This document shows positions 1 to 7,860 of a stretch of 64,000 bases of DNA, piece by piece (the first letter of the stretch is position 1; every line of letters starts with the position of its first letter). Below the pieces are notes generated by a model. That model saw only the letters and a list, made by a program, of their open reading frames with translations, did not search any database and was not told the DNA's origin. This DNA comes from a virus: IMG/VR virus record IMGVR_UViG_3300034069_001161, positions 1 to 64,000 of that record. One strand, given 5' to 3'. The position numbers and the translations under genes are program-made.

Positions 1-575
1 AGGATGTGATCGCGGAACGCCTTCTGGAAGGCCAGCGTCTCCATCTGCTCGATCGCCTGCGCCCAGCCCTCGCGGCTGTCGGGGACCTCGAACCAGATGA
101 CGCGCGCGCCCTTGGCGTACTTGTGGCGAGCGTCCTTGACGCTCTCATCCACGCCCCACTGGAAGTCGGCGTGGCTCTCGTCGAGGACGCAGCGCACGTT
201 GGGGCAGTCGTCCCAGTCGACGACCATCATGTCGTCGTCGTAGCTGCGACCGACGCCCGAGCCGTTGAGCAGCAGGTAGAACAGCAGCATCGACAGCGCG
301 CTGGTCGAGCAGTTCGAGAAGACTTCGAGGTTGCGGGTCGGCTGCTCGGCGTCGCCGTGCTGGAGGTGCCGACCGCTCATCAGGATGGTGGCGTTGCGAA
401 GGTGGTTGCGAAAGCCGGCCCGATCCGCGGCGCCGGTGTCGTGGAGCATCGTGTTGCCGAGGGAGACGCGATCGGCGACGGCGCCCCAGTCCTCATCGGG
501 TCGCAGGATCGTCCGTTCCGCGACCGCCTGGCCCATGCCGGGGTGGAAGGCGCGCGCGGGTGCAAGGGTCGTCAT
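1..575 (-). CDS. nrdJ: ribonucleotide reductase, class II (B12-dependent, NrdJ-like), N-terminal 191 codons; gene continues past the left window edge
   Basis: Own translation of the - strand from ATG 575..573 (GGAGAA upstream): MTTLAPARAFHPGMGQAVAERTILRPDEDWGAVADRVSLGN...LMSGRHLQHGD...LEVFSNCSTSALSMLLFYLLLNGSGVGRSYDDD. The E-W--V--RV, GR-L, NC and L-G-GVG-S spacing fits the NrdJ N-terminus. Third codon positions are G/C-rich. It is not in the ORF track because no stop lies inside the window. The + ORF 6..917 is its antisense shadow. Confidence 0.6.
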   Translation of the reverse strand, partial: MTTLAPARAFHPGMGQAVAERTILRPDEDWGAVADRVSLGNTMLHDTGAADRAGFRNHLRNATILMSGRHLQHGDAEQPTRNLEVFSNCSTSALSMLLFYLLLNGSGVGRSYDDDMMVVDWDDCPNVRCVLDESHADFQWGVDESVKDARHKYAKGARVIWFEVPDSREGWAQAIEQMETLAFQKAFRDHI

Positions 576-618
576 GGTGTTCTCCATTTGAAAGGGGACG
601 ACCCTGCTATCGAAGCGA

Positions 619-641
619 CATCAGCCGGTCTACGGCTGATG
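619..641 (-). promoter_or_regulatory. intercistronic stem-loop upstream of nrdJ
   Basis: CATCAGCCG-gtcta-CGGCTGATG: 9-bp perfect stem, 5-nt loop, no clear U tract. Confidence 0.35.
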
Positions 642-662
642 CCAAACTTACCGGGTCGGTTG

Positions 663-875
663 CTACGCAACCCGTGGGCCGGTGGGCGGCGGCGCCTTGG
701 GCTGGTGGCGGCCGACGAAATTGAGGATGCGGCGGCGCACCGCCTCGCTGGTCGTGGACGCCAGCAGGCGCTGCATGTCACGCACCGCGGTCGGCTGCAT
801 GACGGGGTTGGTGCGGTTGCGATGATAGCGCTGGGCGACAGACCAGTAGGACTTGCCGGACTCGTAGAGGATCAT
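663..875 (-). CDS. small HTH-like protein (70 aa)
   Basis: ORF track. ATGA start/stop overlap with 872..1336. G/C-rich third positions. LYESGKSYWSVAQRY looks like a helix-turn-helix. Confidence 0.6.
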   Translation of the reverse strand: MILYESGKSYWSVAQRYHRNRTNPVMQPTAVRDMQRLLASTTSEAVRRRILNFVGRHQPKAPPPTGPRVA

Positions 876-1336
876 GCTTTGCCTTTCAGACGGAAGTCGA
901 CAGCGGCGGGCCGCTGACAGTGGGCGATCAGCTCGGGCAGCGTCATGCCACGCGCGACCGCCAGACGTTGGAGCTGGGACAGCGTCCAGTTATGAGCGTA
1001 GGGCCTCTCCACAGCCCGCATCTGCTCGATGTTGGTGAGCCCGATCATCTGGGCGACGTCGACATAGTGGTGCTGGCGCCGCAGCACGCGCACCTCATCC
1101 CCGATCCAAGCGCGGAACTGGGTGTCGATATCCAGCAGCCCGACGGGTGGCGCGGTGTTGTGGCCCGAAGGGATCGTCAGGCCGAGCGGGTCGGCGACGT
1201 CCTTCTTCATGCGCTTGGGCTCGTTGGCGGAGTCGAGACCTTCGATATCGCAGATCTCGCCCGAGGTCTTGCCGGCGCGCAGGTGGCCCTCGATCCGCGC
1301 ACGGCGGCGCGCGAGGGCCTTGCTGCGGTCGTCCAT
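872..1336 (-). CDS. hypothetical protein with C-terminal XRE-like HTH (154 aa)
   Basis: ORF track. VAQMIGLTNIEQMRAVERPYAHNWTLSQLQRLAVARGMTLPELI resembles a Cro/C1-type HTH. Tightly packed in the - strand operon. Confidence 0.6.
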   Translation of the reverse strand: MDDRSKALARRRARIEGHLRAGKTSGEICDIEGLDSANEPKRMKKDVADPLGLTIPSGHNTAPPVGLLDIDTQFRAWIGDEVRVLRRQHHYVDVAQMIGLTNIEQMRAVERPYAHNWTLSQLQRLAVARGMTLPELIAHCQRPAAVDFRLKGKA

Positions 1337-1339
1337 GGT

Positions 1340-2080
1340 TCAAGAAGACTCCTTGACGTGGTTGCGGCCGGTGCCGTGGGCCATGATCTGGATCGACACG
1401 CGCGCCTTGCCGCTGGTGCCCATGCAGGCGCGACAGTCGAAGCACTCGACCTTCTGACCAGCCTCGTGAGACGCGGGGCAGACGATCTCGGTGCCCTTGA
1501 TAGGACCAACGCCGATGGGTGTCACGCGGAAGGTGCGGTAGCCGAGCGCATGCGCGTCGCGCATGTCAGCCTCGCTGTCGGCCGAGGCCATGACGAAGGG
1601 GTGCCACGTCGCCGCGTCGATGACACGCCACTGATGCGTGTAGCCGGTCCAGCCGGCGGCGAACTTGGTGGCGAGCTGCCAGATGCGGACGGGCACCGCG
1701 GCCGGGTCCCCGTAGGTGCCAAGGCGAAGCATGCGATCGCGGGCGAAGTCGACCACGTCGAAGCCGAAGCCGGCACGCGGATAGCTGCCGCGCTTGTAGG
1801 CCGCCCACACGCCGCGGGGACCGTGCATTAAGGTGACGTAGCACGACCGGCCCTTGCCAGTGCCGTCGCCGCGGTGGGTGCAGCCGCCGCAGATCGAGAC
1901 GTCGTCGCCCGACTTGACCGCGTCGATCGGCGGGATGTCGGAGCGCAGGATGTAGGTCTGGATCATGGCGCCGGTCTTGACGTTGGTCGAACCGGTCTTG
2001 ATGCCCGTGGCGATGACGACGATGGGGGCGCCGTCGAGCATCGACGGGCCTTCGTACAGGATGAGGCCGTTGGCTGGCAT
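1340..2080 (-). CDS. Cys-rich protein of unknown function (246 aa)
   Basis: ORF track. Two Cys clusters (ICGGCTHRGDGTGKGRSC; CPASHEAGQKVECFDCRAC) and a GYTHQW motif. I cannot name a family. Confidence 0.7.
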   Translation of the reverse strand: MPANGLILYEGPSMLDGAPIVVIATGIKTGSTNVKTGAMIQTYILRSDIPPIDAVKSGDDVSICGGCTHRGDGTGKGRSCYVTLMHGPRGVWAAYKRGSYPRAGFGFDVVDFARDRMLRLGTYGDPAAVPVRIWQLATKFAAGWTGYTHQWRVIDAATWHPFVMASADSEADMRDAHALGYRTFRVTPIGVGPIKGTEIVCPASHEAGQKVECFDCRACMGTSGKARVSIQIMAHGTGRNHVKESS

Positions 2081-2091
2081 GGGAGTGTCTC

Positions 2092-2373
2092 CTAGTTGAT
2101 GATGTCGAGGCGAGCGAGTCGCCCTTGAAAGAAGTCCGCGGACAGTCGCAGGTCACCGTTGTTGAGCGTGACGTTCGTCGCGGTGAGCTGCGATGACTGC
2201 CACCGGACGTGGTCATAGTCGTCGTTCTTCACGGAGCGCTGGACGCGGCCGTCGGCGGTGACGTGATACTCGTTCAGGTCACAGGCCAAGTCCTTGGTCT
2301 GGAACGCCTCGTCCGAGAACGTGCCGTCAGGCAGCTCGATCTTGGGCATGCGGAAGCTGTCAAACATTCCCAT
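2092..2373 (-). CDS. hypothetical protein (93 aa)
   Basis: ORF 2092..2478 trimmed to ATG 2373..2371 (MGMFDSF...), which has AGGAG 9 nt upstream. This leaves only a 14-nt overlap with the upstream gene. Confidence 0.55.
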   Translation of the reverse strand: MGMFDSFRMPKIELPDGTFSDEAFQTKDLACDLNEYHVTADGRVQRSVKNDDYDHVRWQSSQLTATNVTLNNGDLRLSADFFQGRLARLDIIN

Positions 2374-3376
2374 CGATCTGGCTCCTGTAAAGCTGGAGGA
2401 CCGAACGATCGGCCAGCTTGTGGTCCGATTTCTCGGGCAGCTTCGACTGCTCGCTGGCGACACGAACCTGCTCGACAAGGTCTTCCAGATACGGACTGAC
2501 GACTTCGTAGCCGACCCGACCTTGCTTGATTGACAACAGGAAAGCTGCGTCGGGGCGCGGGAAGCTGATCTTGCCCGTGTTGAGCAGCTCGATGGCCTGC
2601 CCCGCCACGCGCACGGCGTGGCTCATCGCCTTCCAGTCGATCCCCTCGTTGGTCATGGCCTGGCGGGCGCGCTCGCCGTAGTTGTCCCACACCTTGTTCC
2701 AGATGTCGTAGGCCGCGTTGATCGTCAGGTTCATGCTCACCTTGCGGTCGCACACGTCGAGGTGCCAGTTATCCGAGCCGTTCGGGTTCGGGATATTCTC
2801 CCACTTGACGTGCTCCCGCCCCTCGGCCCAGCGCCGCAGCTGCGGCTCGATCACAGATAGCTTGGTCGTGCTCGTCGTGCGCCCGAGGCCGAGCTTGGAC
2901 AGCTCGTCGAGCACGCCACGCACCGCGTTCATGCGCGAGCCCTTGATGCCGTACTTGGCCGCCTGCCGGACGCAGTAGCCGACGAAGCCCTTGCATTGGC
3001 GGTTGAGCAGCTGGAGACCGATCTCGCGAACCTTCAACCATTCTTCGGTGTAGAAGCACAGCGGACCGTCGTCGATCCGCCCGTCGGGGAGCGGCGCGAA
3101 CAGGATCTCGGTCGCGACAGTGTCGCCCTTCATCAGCATCTCGTAGAACTTCTGGACGCTGTACGATTGGCTGTCGATCGCATCCGAGGTGTTCTTGTCG
3201 GTGCCCTCCGCCTTGGCGACGACGCTGGTGTCGATCACGTTCTCGGCGCGCTGGAGGATGATCGCCTCGCCGGAGGGCAGGTGCACGCCCTTGAAGTCGA
3301 GGTCGGAGGTCGGCGTGTTGGTGCCGTAGAGATTTGATCCGTGCTTGACGCGGATCAGCTTGGTGACGGGACGCAT
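2360..3376 (-). CDS. minimal nucleotidyltransferase (Pol-beta superfamily, RlaP/pfam10127-like), 338 aa
   Basis: HGSNLYGTNTPTSDLDFKGV matches the G-S...D-x-D nucleotidyltransferase signature. AAGGAG lies before ATG 3376. Confidence 0.7.
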   Translation of the reverse strand: MRPVTKLIRVKHGSNLYGTNTPTSDLDFKGVHLPSGEAIILQRAENVIDTSVVAKAEGTDKNTSDAIDSQSYSVQKFYEMLMKGDTVATEILFAPLPDGRIDDGPLCFYTEEWLKVREIGLQLLNRQCKGFVGYCVRQAAKYGIKGSRMNAVRGVLDELSKLGLGRTTSTTKLSVIEPQLRRWAEGREHVKWENIPNPNGSDNWHLDVCDRKVSMNLTINAAYDIWNKVWDNYGERARQAMTNEGIDWKAMSHAVRVAGQAIELLNTGKISFPRPDAAFLLSIKQGRVGYEVVSPYLEDLVEQVRVASEQSKLPEKSDHKLADRSVLQLYRSQIDGNV

Positions 3377-3456
3377 TGCGTGTCTCCTTGATGCGGGGTA
3401 GGGCGGTCGACGGACGTTGGCGCGTCCGTCGACCTACGATCTGATGGAGCAGACCG

Positions 3457-3888
3457 ATGACAGAACACATATCTCGCGCAGATGCGAAGGCCAAGGGGCT
3501 CCGTCATTATTTTGACGGCGCCCCGTGTAAGGCCGGACACATTGCTCGGAAGAACACCAGCAGTTGCAACTGCTTGGAGTGCGACCGGTTGCGCCGTCAA
3601 CGATATTATGAACAGAACCGTGATAAGGTTCTGAAATCACAACGAAAGTCTGATCTGAAACGTCTCTACGGTTTGAGCCTAGAGGATCATCAAGCATTGC
3701 TTGATCGTCAAGGCGGTGCTTGCGCGCTGTGTTTGGACACGTTTACCAGTGCGCCGCATGTGGATCACTGTCATAAAACCGGCAAGGTGCGTGGCCTACT
3801 GTGCAGCAACTGCAACACGGCGCTGGGCCTGATGCAGGACAGCCCGGAGTTAATGCTCCGGGCTGCTGCGTATGTCAGTCGCGCTTGA
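3457..3888 (+). CDS. free-standing homing endonuclease, Endonuclease VII (T4 gp49-type) family
   Basis: HVDHCHKTGKVRGLLCSNCNTALG is the Endo VII signature. The N-terminal KGL-YF-G-PCK-GH Cys/His module is shared with 11076..11555. The gene is visibly lower-GC and antisense to its neighbours. GGAG sits 7 nt before the ATG. Confidence 0.8.
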   Translation: MTEHISRADAKAKGLRHYFDGAPCKAGHIARKNTSSCNCLECDRLRRQRYYEQNRDKVLKSQRKSDLKRLYGLSLEDHQALLDRQGGACALCLDTFTSAPHVDHCHKTGKVRGLLCSNCNTALGLMQDSPELMLRAAAYVSRA

Positions 3889-4120
3889 CGAGGGCGGTCA
3901 CAACCGCCTCTTTCGGCGCACCTTCCTTATCGAGCCCGTCCGACGTGATCTTCACGTGGGAGCCGCGCTTGACGCCCTCGACGCCGTCCTTGATCGTCGC
4001 CTGGACGTGGCGACCATCGTCGAGTTCGAGGAACGCCACGCCGTCGGCGGCGTCGGTGACCTTGTACTCGGTCTGCGCCTTGGCGGGGGCGCTCGTGGTC
4101 GGGGTGGGTGCGTCAGCCAT
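3875..4120 (-). CDS. hypothetical protein (81 aa)
   Basis: ORF 3875..4231 trimmed to ATG 4120..4118 (MADAPTPTT...), directly after the ligase stop at 4123. Confidence 0.5.
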   Translation of the reverse strand: MADAPTPTTSAPAKAQTEYKVTDAADGVAFLELDDGRHVQATIKDGVEGVKRGSHVKITSDGLDKEGAPKEAVVTALVKRD

Positions 4121-4122
4121 GT

Positions 4123-5274
4123 TCAGTCCTTTCGTCCGTTGGGGTGGAAGTCCACTACCACAGGAAAGCGGGGGACGCCATCGGGCGAACGCATGAAGAA
4201 GCGAAGGGTGGCGACCGCCGTGCTCCACCACTCCGGATGCTCGTTCCAGTCCTTGAGCAGCTGAACGCCCTTGGGATAGCTGCCGCGGATGCCGGCACCG
4301 AACACGTCCTGCGGGAAGCCCTCGTTGTTGATGAGGGACATGCGCTTGGCGGCGCCCGCCCAGTTACCGTTGCCTTCCTCGACGGAGAGGACTCGAAACT
4401 CCTCGGTGACGAACTCCTTGCGCTTGAGCAGCGCCTTGGAGCGGCGACCCACCTCGTACGGCTTGTCGAGCCGGTACATGCCGCCCTCGTAGCCCTGCTC
4501 GACGTACTGGCCATAAATCTCGTTCGAACCTTCGGCACTTGAGATTCGAGTCGTCACAACCCTCTGAATCCAACCGCAATCGAGCTTGTCCAAGAGGTCC
4601 ACCACACGTTGCGTTCGGGCGCTGAACGGCAGCTCCGCATCCACAATGTCGTAGACATGATACTGCATCACTTCCGCCGCCTTCTCCAGCTGCTCGGCGG
4701 TCGGGTTCTTCTTGCGGACGATCGAGCTGATCGCGCCGAAGTCCTCGCGCAAGTCGTGGTTGTACAGCTCACCGTCCAGCACGAGGTCTGGGTCGGCGGC
4801 GAACAGCGGCGCCAGCGCGGCGTGGATGTGCGGGACCGCGATAATCGGCTGGCCCTGCCGGCTGAACAGGCCCTCGACCGTGGCGATGCAGCGAATGCCG
4901 TCGAGCTTGGGCTGGGCGTAACCGATGCCCGGCCACTTGTCGTAGGTCTTGGCGAGCATGGGCTCGATCATCTTGGGCGTCGTCACCGTGTCGGGCGAGT
5001 CGTGGTACTCGCGGTCGAGCTGGTGCTTGTACTGCGCACGCACCTCGAACTCGCCCTGCTCCTTGACAGTGGGGCAGCTCTTGGGCGTGGGCACCGTCCA
5101 GCCGCTCTCGGCCTGCTTGCCGTCGGCAAGGCCGGCGAGCGTGCGATAATGGCCGAACCCGGTCAGCTCCATCTTCCACGTCCGCAGCCGGCCGGTGCTG
5201 TCGAGCTTGTAGAGGGTCGGCCCGGCGTAGACGTCGACGCTGTCGTCGCGGACGAGTTCAAATGCGATGGTCAT
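4123..5274 (-). CDS. ATP-dependent DNA ligase (T7-like), 383 aa
   Basis: YAQPKLDGIRCIA contains the KxDG adenylation motif. Size and downstream motif order are typical of phage ATP ligases. Confidence 0.85.
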   Translation of the reverse strand: MTIAFELVRDDSVDVYAGPTLYKLDSTGRLRTWKMELTGFGHYRTLAGLADGKQAESGWTVPTPKSCPTVKEQGEFEVRAQYKHQLDREYHDSPDTVTTPKMIEPMLAKTYDKWPGIGYAQPKLDGIRCIATVEGLFSRQGQPIIAVPHIHAALAPLFAADPDLVLDGELYNHDLREDFGAISSIVRKKNPTAEQLEKAAEVMQYHVYDIVDAELPFSARTQRVVDLLDKLDCGWIQRVVTTRISSAEGSNEIYGQYVEQGYEGGMYRLDKPYEVGRRSKALLKRKEFVTEEFRVLSVEEGNGNWAGAAKRMSLINNEGFPQDVFGAGIRGSYPKGVQLLKDWNEHPEWWSTAVATLRFFMRSPDGVPRFPVVVDFHPNGRKD

Positions 5275-5289
5275 GTTTTGCTCCTGACG

Positions 5290-5333
5290 AAAAAGTCGGA
5301 AATCTCCGCATTTATTTTTTCGGAGATTTCCGA
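5290..5333 (-). terminator. intrinsic terminator upstream of the ligase gene
   Basis: On the - strand: TCGGAAATCTCCG-aaaaaataaatg-CGGAGATTTCCGA, a 13-bp perfect stem followed by CTTTTT. Confidence 0.7.
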
Positions 5334-5342
5334 GTTCTAGAA

Positions 5343-5876
5343 CTAGACGATCTGCTTGTCAACGATCCGACCGTCGTGCTTGGTAACGCGAACCTGCACC
5401 AGCTGGTCGACGCCGTGTTGCGACGTGGCGACCGGACGGGCGGCGCCGTAGCAATACTGGTTCGGATAGAGCGAGTAATACTCCACCGTCACGACGGGCG
5501 GCGGCGGGGCGAGGCGGCGACCAGTCTTGCGCTCGACATCGACCCGTTTCAGGCGAACCGATGCCTTGCGGTCGGGACTGCGCAGGAGAATGGTGTCGCC
5601 CCGCTCCAGCTCGACAGTGCCGGTGAGCGACACGGTGATCTGCTCGCCATCTTGGATCGGCGCGGGAGGGGCGGCGATCTCGGCCAACGTGATGCCGATC
5701 ACGGTTGCCTGGACGTAATTCTTCTTTCCCACCATCCGGGCCCGCTCGCCATCGAACATGTCTCGCGCCTTGCGCCGCGCTTCGCGTGTGCCCTTGGCGA
5801 CAATGCCGCCGAGCGGCCGACGGCGGCACTTGTGACCGGGGGTGCAATATAGAACCACAGCACTGTAGGTCTTCAT
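5343..5876 (-). CDS. hypothetical protein (177 aa)
   Basis: ORF track. ATGA coupling with 5873..6205. Confidence 0.6.
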   Translation of the reverse strand: MKTYSAVVLYCTPGHKCRRRPLGGIVAKGTREARRKARDMFDGERARMVGKKNYVQATVIGITLAEIAAPPAPIQDGEQITVSLTGTVELERGDTILLRSPDRKASVRLKRVDVERKTGRRLAPPPPVVTVEYYSLYPNQYCYGAARPVATSQHGVDQLVQVRVTKHDGRIVDKQIV

Positions 5877-6205
5877 GACTTGTTCTCCATCTGTCGTCCG
5901 AGATCGCGGAAGCGGTCGAACACGTTGTTGCCGTAGGCCATCAGCTCGGTGAAGTTGGCGCGCTGGATGGCGTCCTCAACGTCGAGCTGGCGTAGCTGCG
6001 CGTCGTGCTTGCTTTCTTCGAGGACGGGCTGTGGTTCTTCCACAGGCTCGTTTGGCGGTTCCGGCACCTCGGGTGCCCGTAGGGCATTGAGGAAGCCCAT
6101 GAGGCCGTCCTTGTCGGTCGGCACCTCGGTGACGGCGCCGAAGCCGAGCTTCTGCGCCTCGCCCTGCGTCCGCACGTAGCGGTCGCCTACCCAATAGAGC
6201 TGCAT
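5873..6205 (-). CDS. hypothetical protein (110 aa)
   Basis: ORF track. Tightly packed in the operon. Confidence 0.6.
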   Translation of the reverse strand: MQLYWVGDRYVRTQGEAQKLGFGAVTEVPTDKDGLMGFLNALRAPEVPEPPNEPVEEPQPVLEESKHDAQLRQLDVEDAIQRANFTELMAYGNNVFDRFRDLGRQMENKS

Positions 6206-6206
6206 A

Positions 6207-6884
6207 TTACCCCCATGTCTCCGCCATGGCTTGTGCGATGCCGGGGAAGGTCCGGCTGCGATCCTTCCACCGATTGGGACCGGGGGAGGCGTTGTGGATC
6301 ACCGACCACGCCTTGTGCTCGGGCGTGCCGGGCTTGGGTGGCGTCAGCGCGGCGACGGGCTTGGACAGCGGCGGCAGGCCCTTGAGCGTGAAGCCGGTGG
6401 CCTTGAACGCCTCGTCGCCGAACCACCACGGCTGGACGAAATGGGTGACCATGTCCTTGCCAATCAGGTCAGCGATCATTTCGCGACCGTGGCGGTGCAT
6501 GACCGGGTTCTCGACAGCGATCTTGGGGATCGGGGCGAGCAGCAGCGCAGCGAAGAACCGGGCGGCGTCACGCATGTTGGACCAGCGAGCCTCGTTGCGC
6601 TCGACGCGCACGTCATCCTTCACCGTGCTCTCGTGCGAAGAATAACAAGGCACGTTGTCGTAGAGCCACCGCACTCCGCTGTTGGCGAGATAGGTGCAGG
6701 GCGGGTGGGCGATCATCAGGTCGAACGACCCGACCTTGGCGATCACGTCGAACACGTCGCCGACGATGTGGTGCGGCGAGCCGTCCTCGGCGGGCAGCAG
6801 GTCGCAGCTGATGACGTCGTGCCCGCGGGTGCGGAACGCCTCGCGGGTTCGGCCCGAATACTCACAAGCCACAAGAACTCTCAT
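6207..6884 (-). CDS. C5 DNA-methyltransferase-like protein, short form (225 aa)
   Basis: Start moved to ATG 6884 (GGAGG 6 nt upstream; ATGA coupling with 6881..7093). Motifs: VACEYSGRTREAF (motif I-like), IAHPPCTYL (motif IV P-C), IAVENPV (motif VI ENV), RSRTFPGIAQAMAETW (C-terminal motif). Confidence 0.6.
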   Translation of the reverse strand: MRVLVACEYSGRTREAFRTRGHDVISCDLLPAEDGSPHHIVGDVFDVIAKVGSFDLMIAHPPCTYLANSGVRWLYDNVPCYSSHESTVKDDVRVERNEARWSNMRDAARFFAALLLAPIPKIAVENPVMHRHGREMIADLIGKDMVTHFVQPWWFGDEAFKATGFTLKGLPPLSKPVAALTPPKPGTPEHKAWSVIHNASPGPNRWKDRSRTFPGIAQAMAETWG

Positions 6885-7093
6885 GCTTCCCTCCATGCTC
6901 GATAGCCACCCGCATAGTAGATCGCGTTCAGCGGGTGGTGCCGCTTGGCTACGGCGTAGCGGGCCGCGCCCGACGAGCGCGCCCAGACAAACTCGTCGTC
7001 ACGGCGGCCCTTGTGGACCACCCGATAGCGCCAGAGGCGCACCGGATGGTCGTAGGGCTTGGGCGTATCGTCGATCAGCGGCAGCAGCTTCAT
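6881..7093 (-). CDS. hypothetical protein (70 aa)
   Basis: ORF 6881..7210 trimmed to ATG 7093 (MKLLPLIDD...), adjacent to the stop of 7090..7380. Confidence 0.5.
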   Translation of the reverse strand: MKLLPLIDDTPKPYDHPVRLWRYRVVHKGRRDDEFVWARSSGAARYAVAKRHHPLNAIYYAGGYRAWREA

Positions 7094-7380
7094 AGCTTCT
7101 CCGTGTTCATCTTCTCGGCGAGCGGCAGCGTCTTGTCGGTGACGCACGACATTTGGGGCGCGTAGCCAGGGCGGCTGACGGGGATCCACGAACCGCCGGC
7201 CCGAACGCACGAGACCATCTTGTTGTTCTCGATGATGCGTTCCTGCGCCACCGAGGGATCGAGCTGCTTAGGCTGGGTGCAGCCGTAGGTGATGCAGCCG
7301 AGCACGAAAACGACGATGATGGTGCCGCAGACGGTCAACAGCATGTTGATCGTCGCTTGGGTTTCTTCCTTGGTGCTCAT
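7090..7380 (-). CDS. small membrane-anchored/lipoprotein-like protein (96 aa)
   Basis: Hydrophobic N-terminal segment LLTVCGTIIVVFVLGCITYGC with a lipobox-like VLGC. Confidence 0.55.
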   Translation of the reverse strand: MSTKEETQATINMLLTVCGTIIVVFVLGCITYGCTQPKQLDPSVAQERIIENNKMVSCVRAGGSWIPVSRPGYAPQMSCVTDKTLPLAEKMNTEKL

Positions 7381-7637
7381 GGGAGGATCTCCACAGTCAG
7401 AGGGTCAAGGATGATGACGAAACCGGCCTCGTCCTCAAGGCAGGCTCGGCCCAGCCACAAGAAGACGTAGCCGATCGTGCCGCCGTGACGCACCCGCGCG
7501 CCGTCGATCGAGGCGGCGTCCGCCGGCCAGTGGCCGTCGTCGCATTCCTCGGGGCACATCATGGTCGAGTGGTTGTGTGGGTGAGGCCGAACACGGCCGG
7601 TGCCCTCGCACGTGTCACACAGACGCTGGTTCGGCAT
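7377..7637 (-). CDS. small Cys/His-rich protein (86 aa)
   Basis: ORF track. CDTCEGTG...MMCPEECDDGH. GGAGGG lies before the ATG. Confidence 0.55.
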   Translation of the reverse strand: MPNQRLCDTCEGTGRVRPHPHNHSTMMCPEECDDGHWPADAASIDGARVRHGGTIGYVFLWLGRACLEDEAGFVIILDPLTVEILP

Positions 7638-7860
7638 TGAAGCCCTCCGCCAGTTCGAGCCAAACCCGCGCGCCGCACGACAGCGGCTTGTGCGGGGAGT
7701 AGTGGAAGGTGCCGACCACGGTGCCGTCAGGCGCCGTGATCTGAACCTCGTTGTGGCGGGTCGGCTTAGCGCCGCGCCGGACGATAATCGCCGGGCGCGT
7801 CCCGCCGTCCTTGGTGTTGGCGCGGATCGCGTCCTGCGCCACGTGAATTATCTGTCGCAT
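7615..7860 (-). CDS. conserved small phage protein (81 aa)
   Basis: ORF track. GGAGG 7 nt before ATG 7860. The PLSCGARVWLE motif is one I have seen in small phage/plasmid proteins. Confidence 0.6.
   Translation of the reverse strand: MRQIIHVAQDAIRANTKDGGTRPAIIVRRGAKPTRHNEVQITAPDGTVVGTFHYSPHKPLSCGARVWLELAEGFNAEPASV

Noticed and set aside
6-917. 303-aa + strand ORF at the left edge.
   Set aside because: It is the shadow of the - strand NrdJ-like gene (1..575) and of the small HTH gene. Its translation is Ala/Arg/Gly/Val-rich with no motifs.
1340-2080. Radical-SAM enzyme assignment for the Cys-rich 246-aa protein.
   Set aside because: There is no CxxxCxxC motif. The clusters are CGGC and CxxCxxC at the extreme C-terminus, and there is no glycine-rich SAM motif. 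It is left as unknown.
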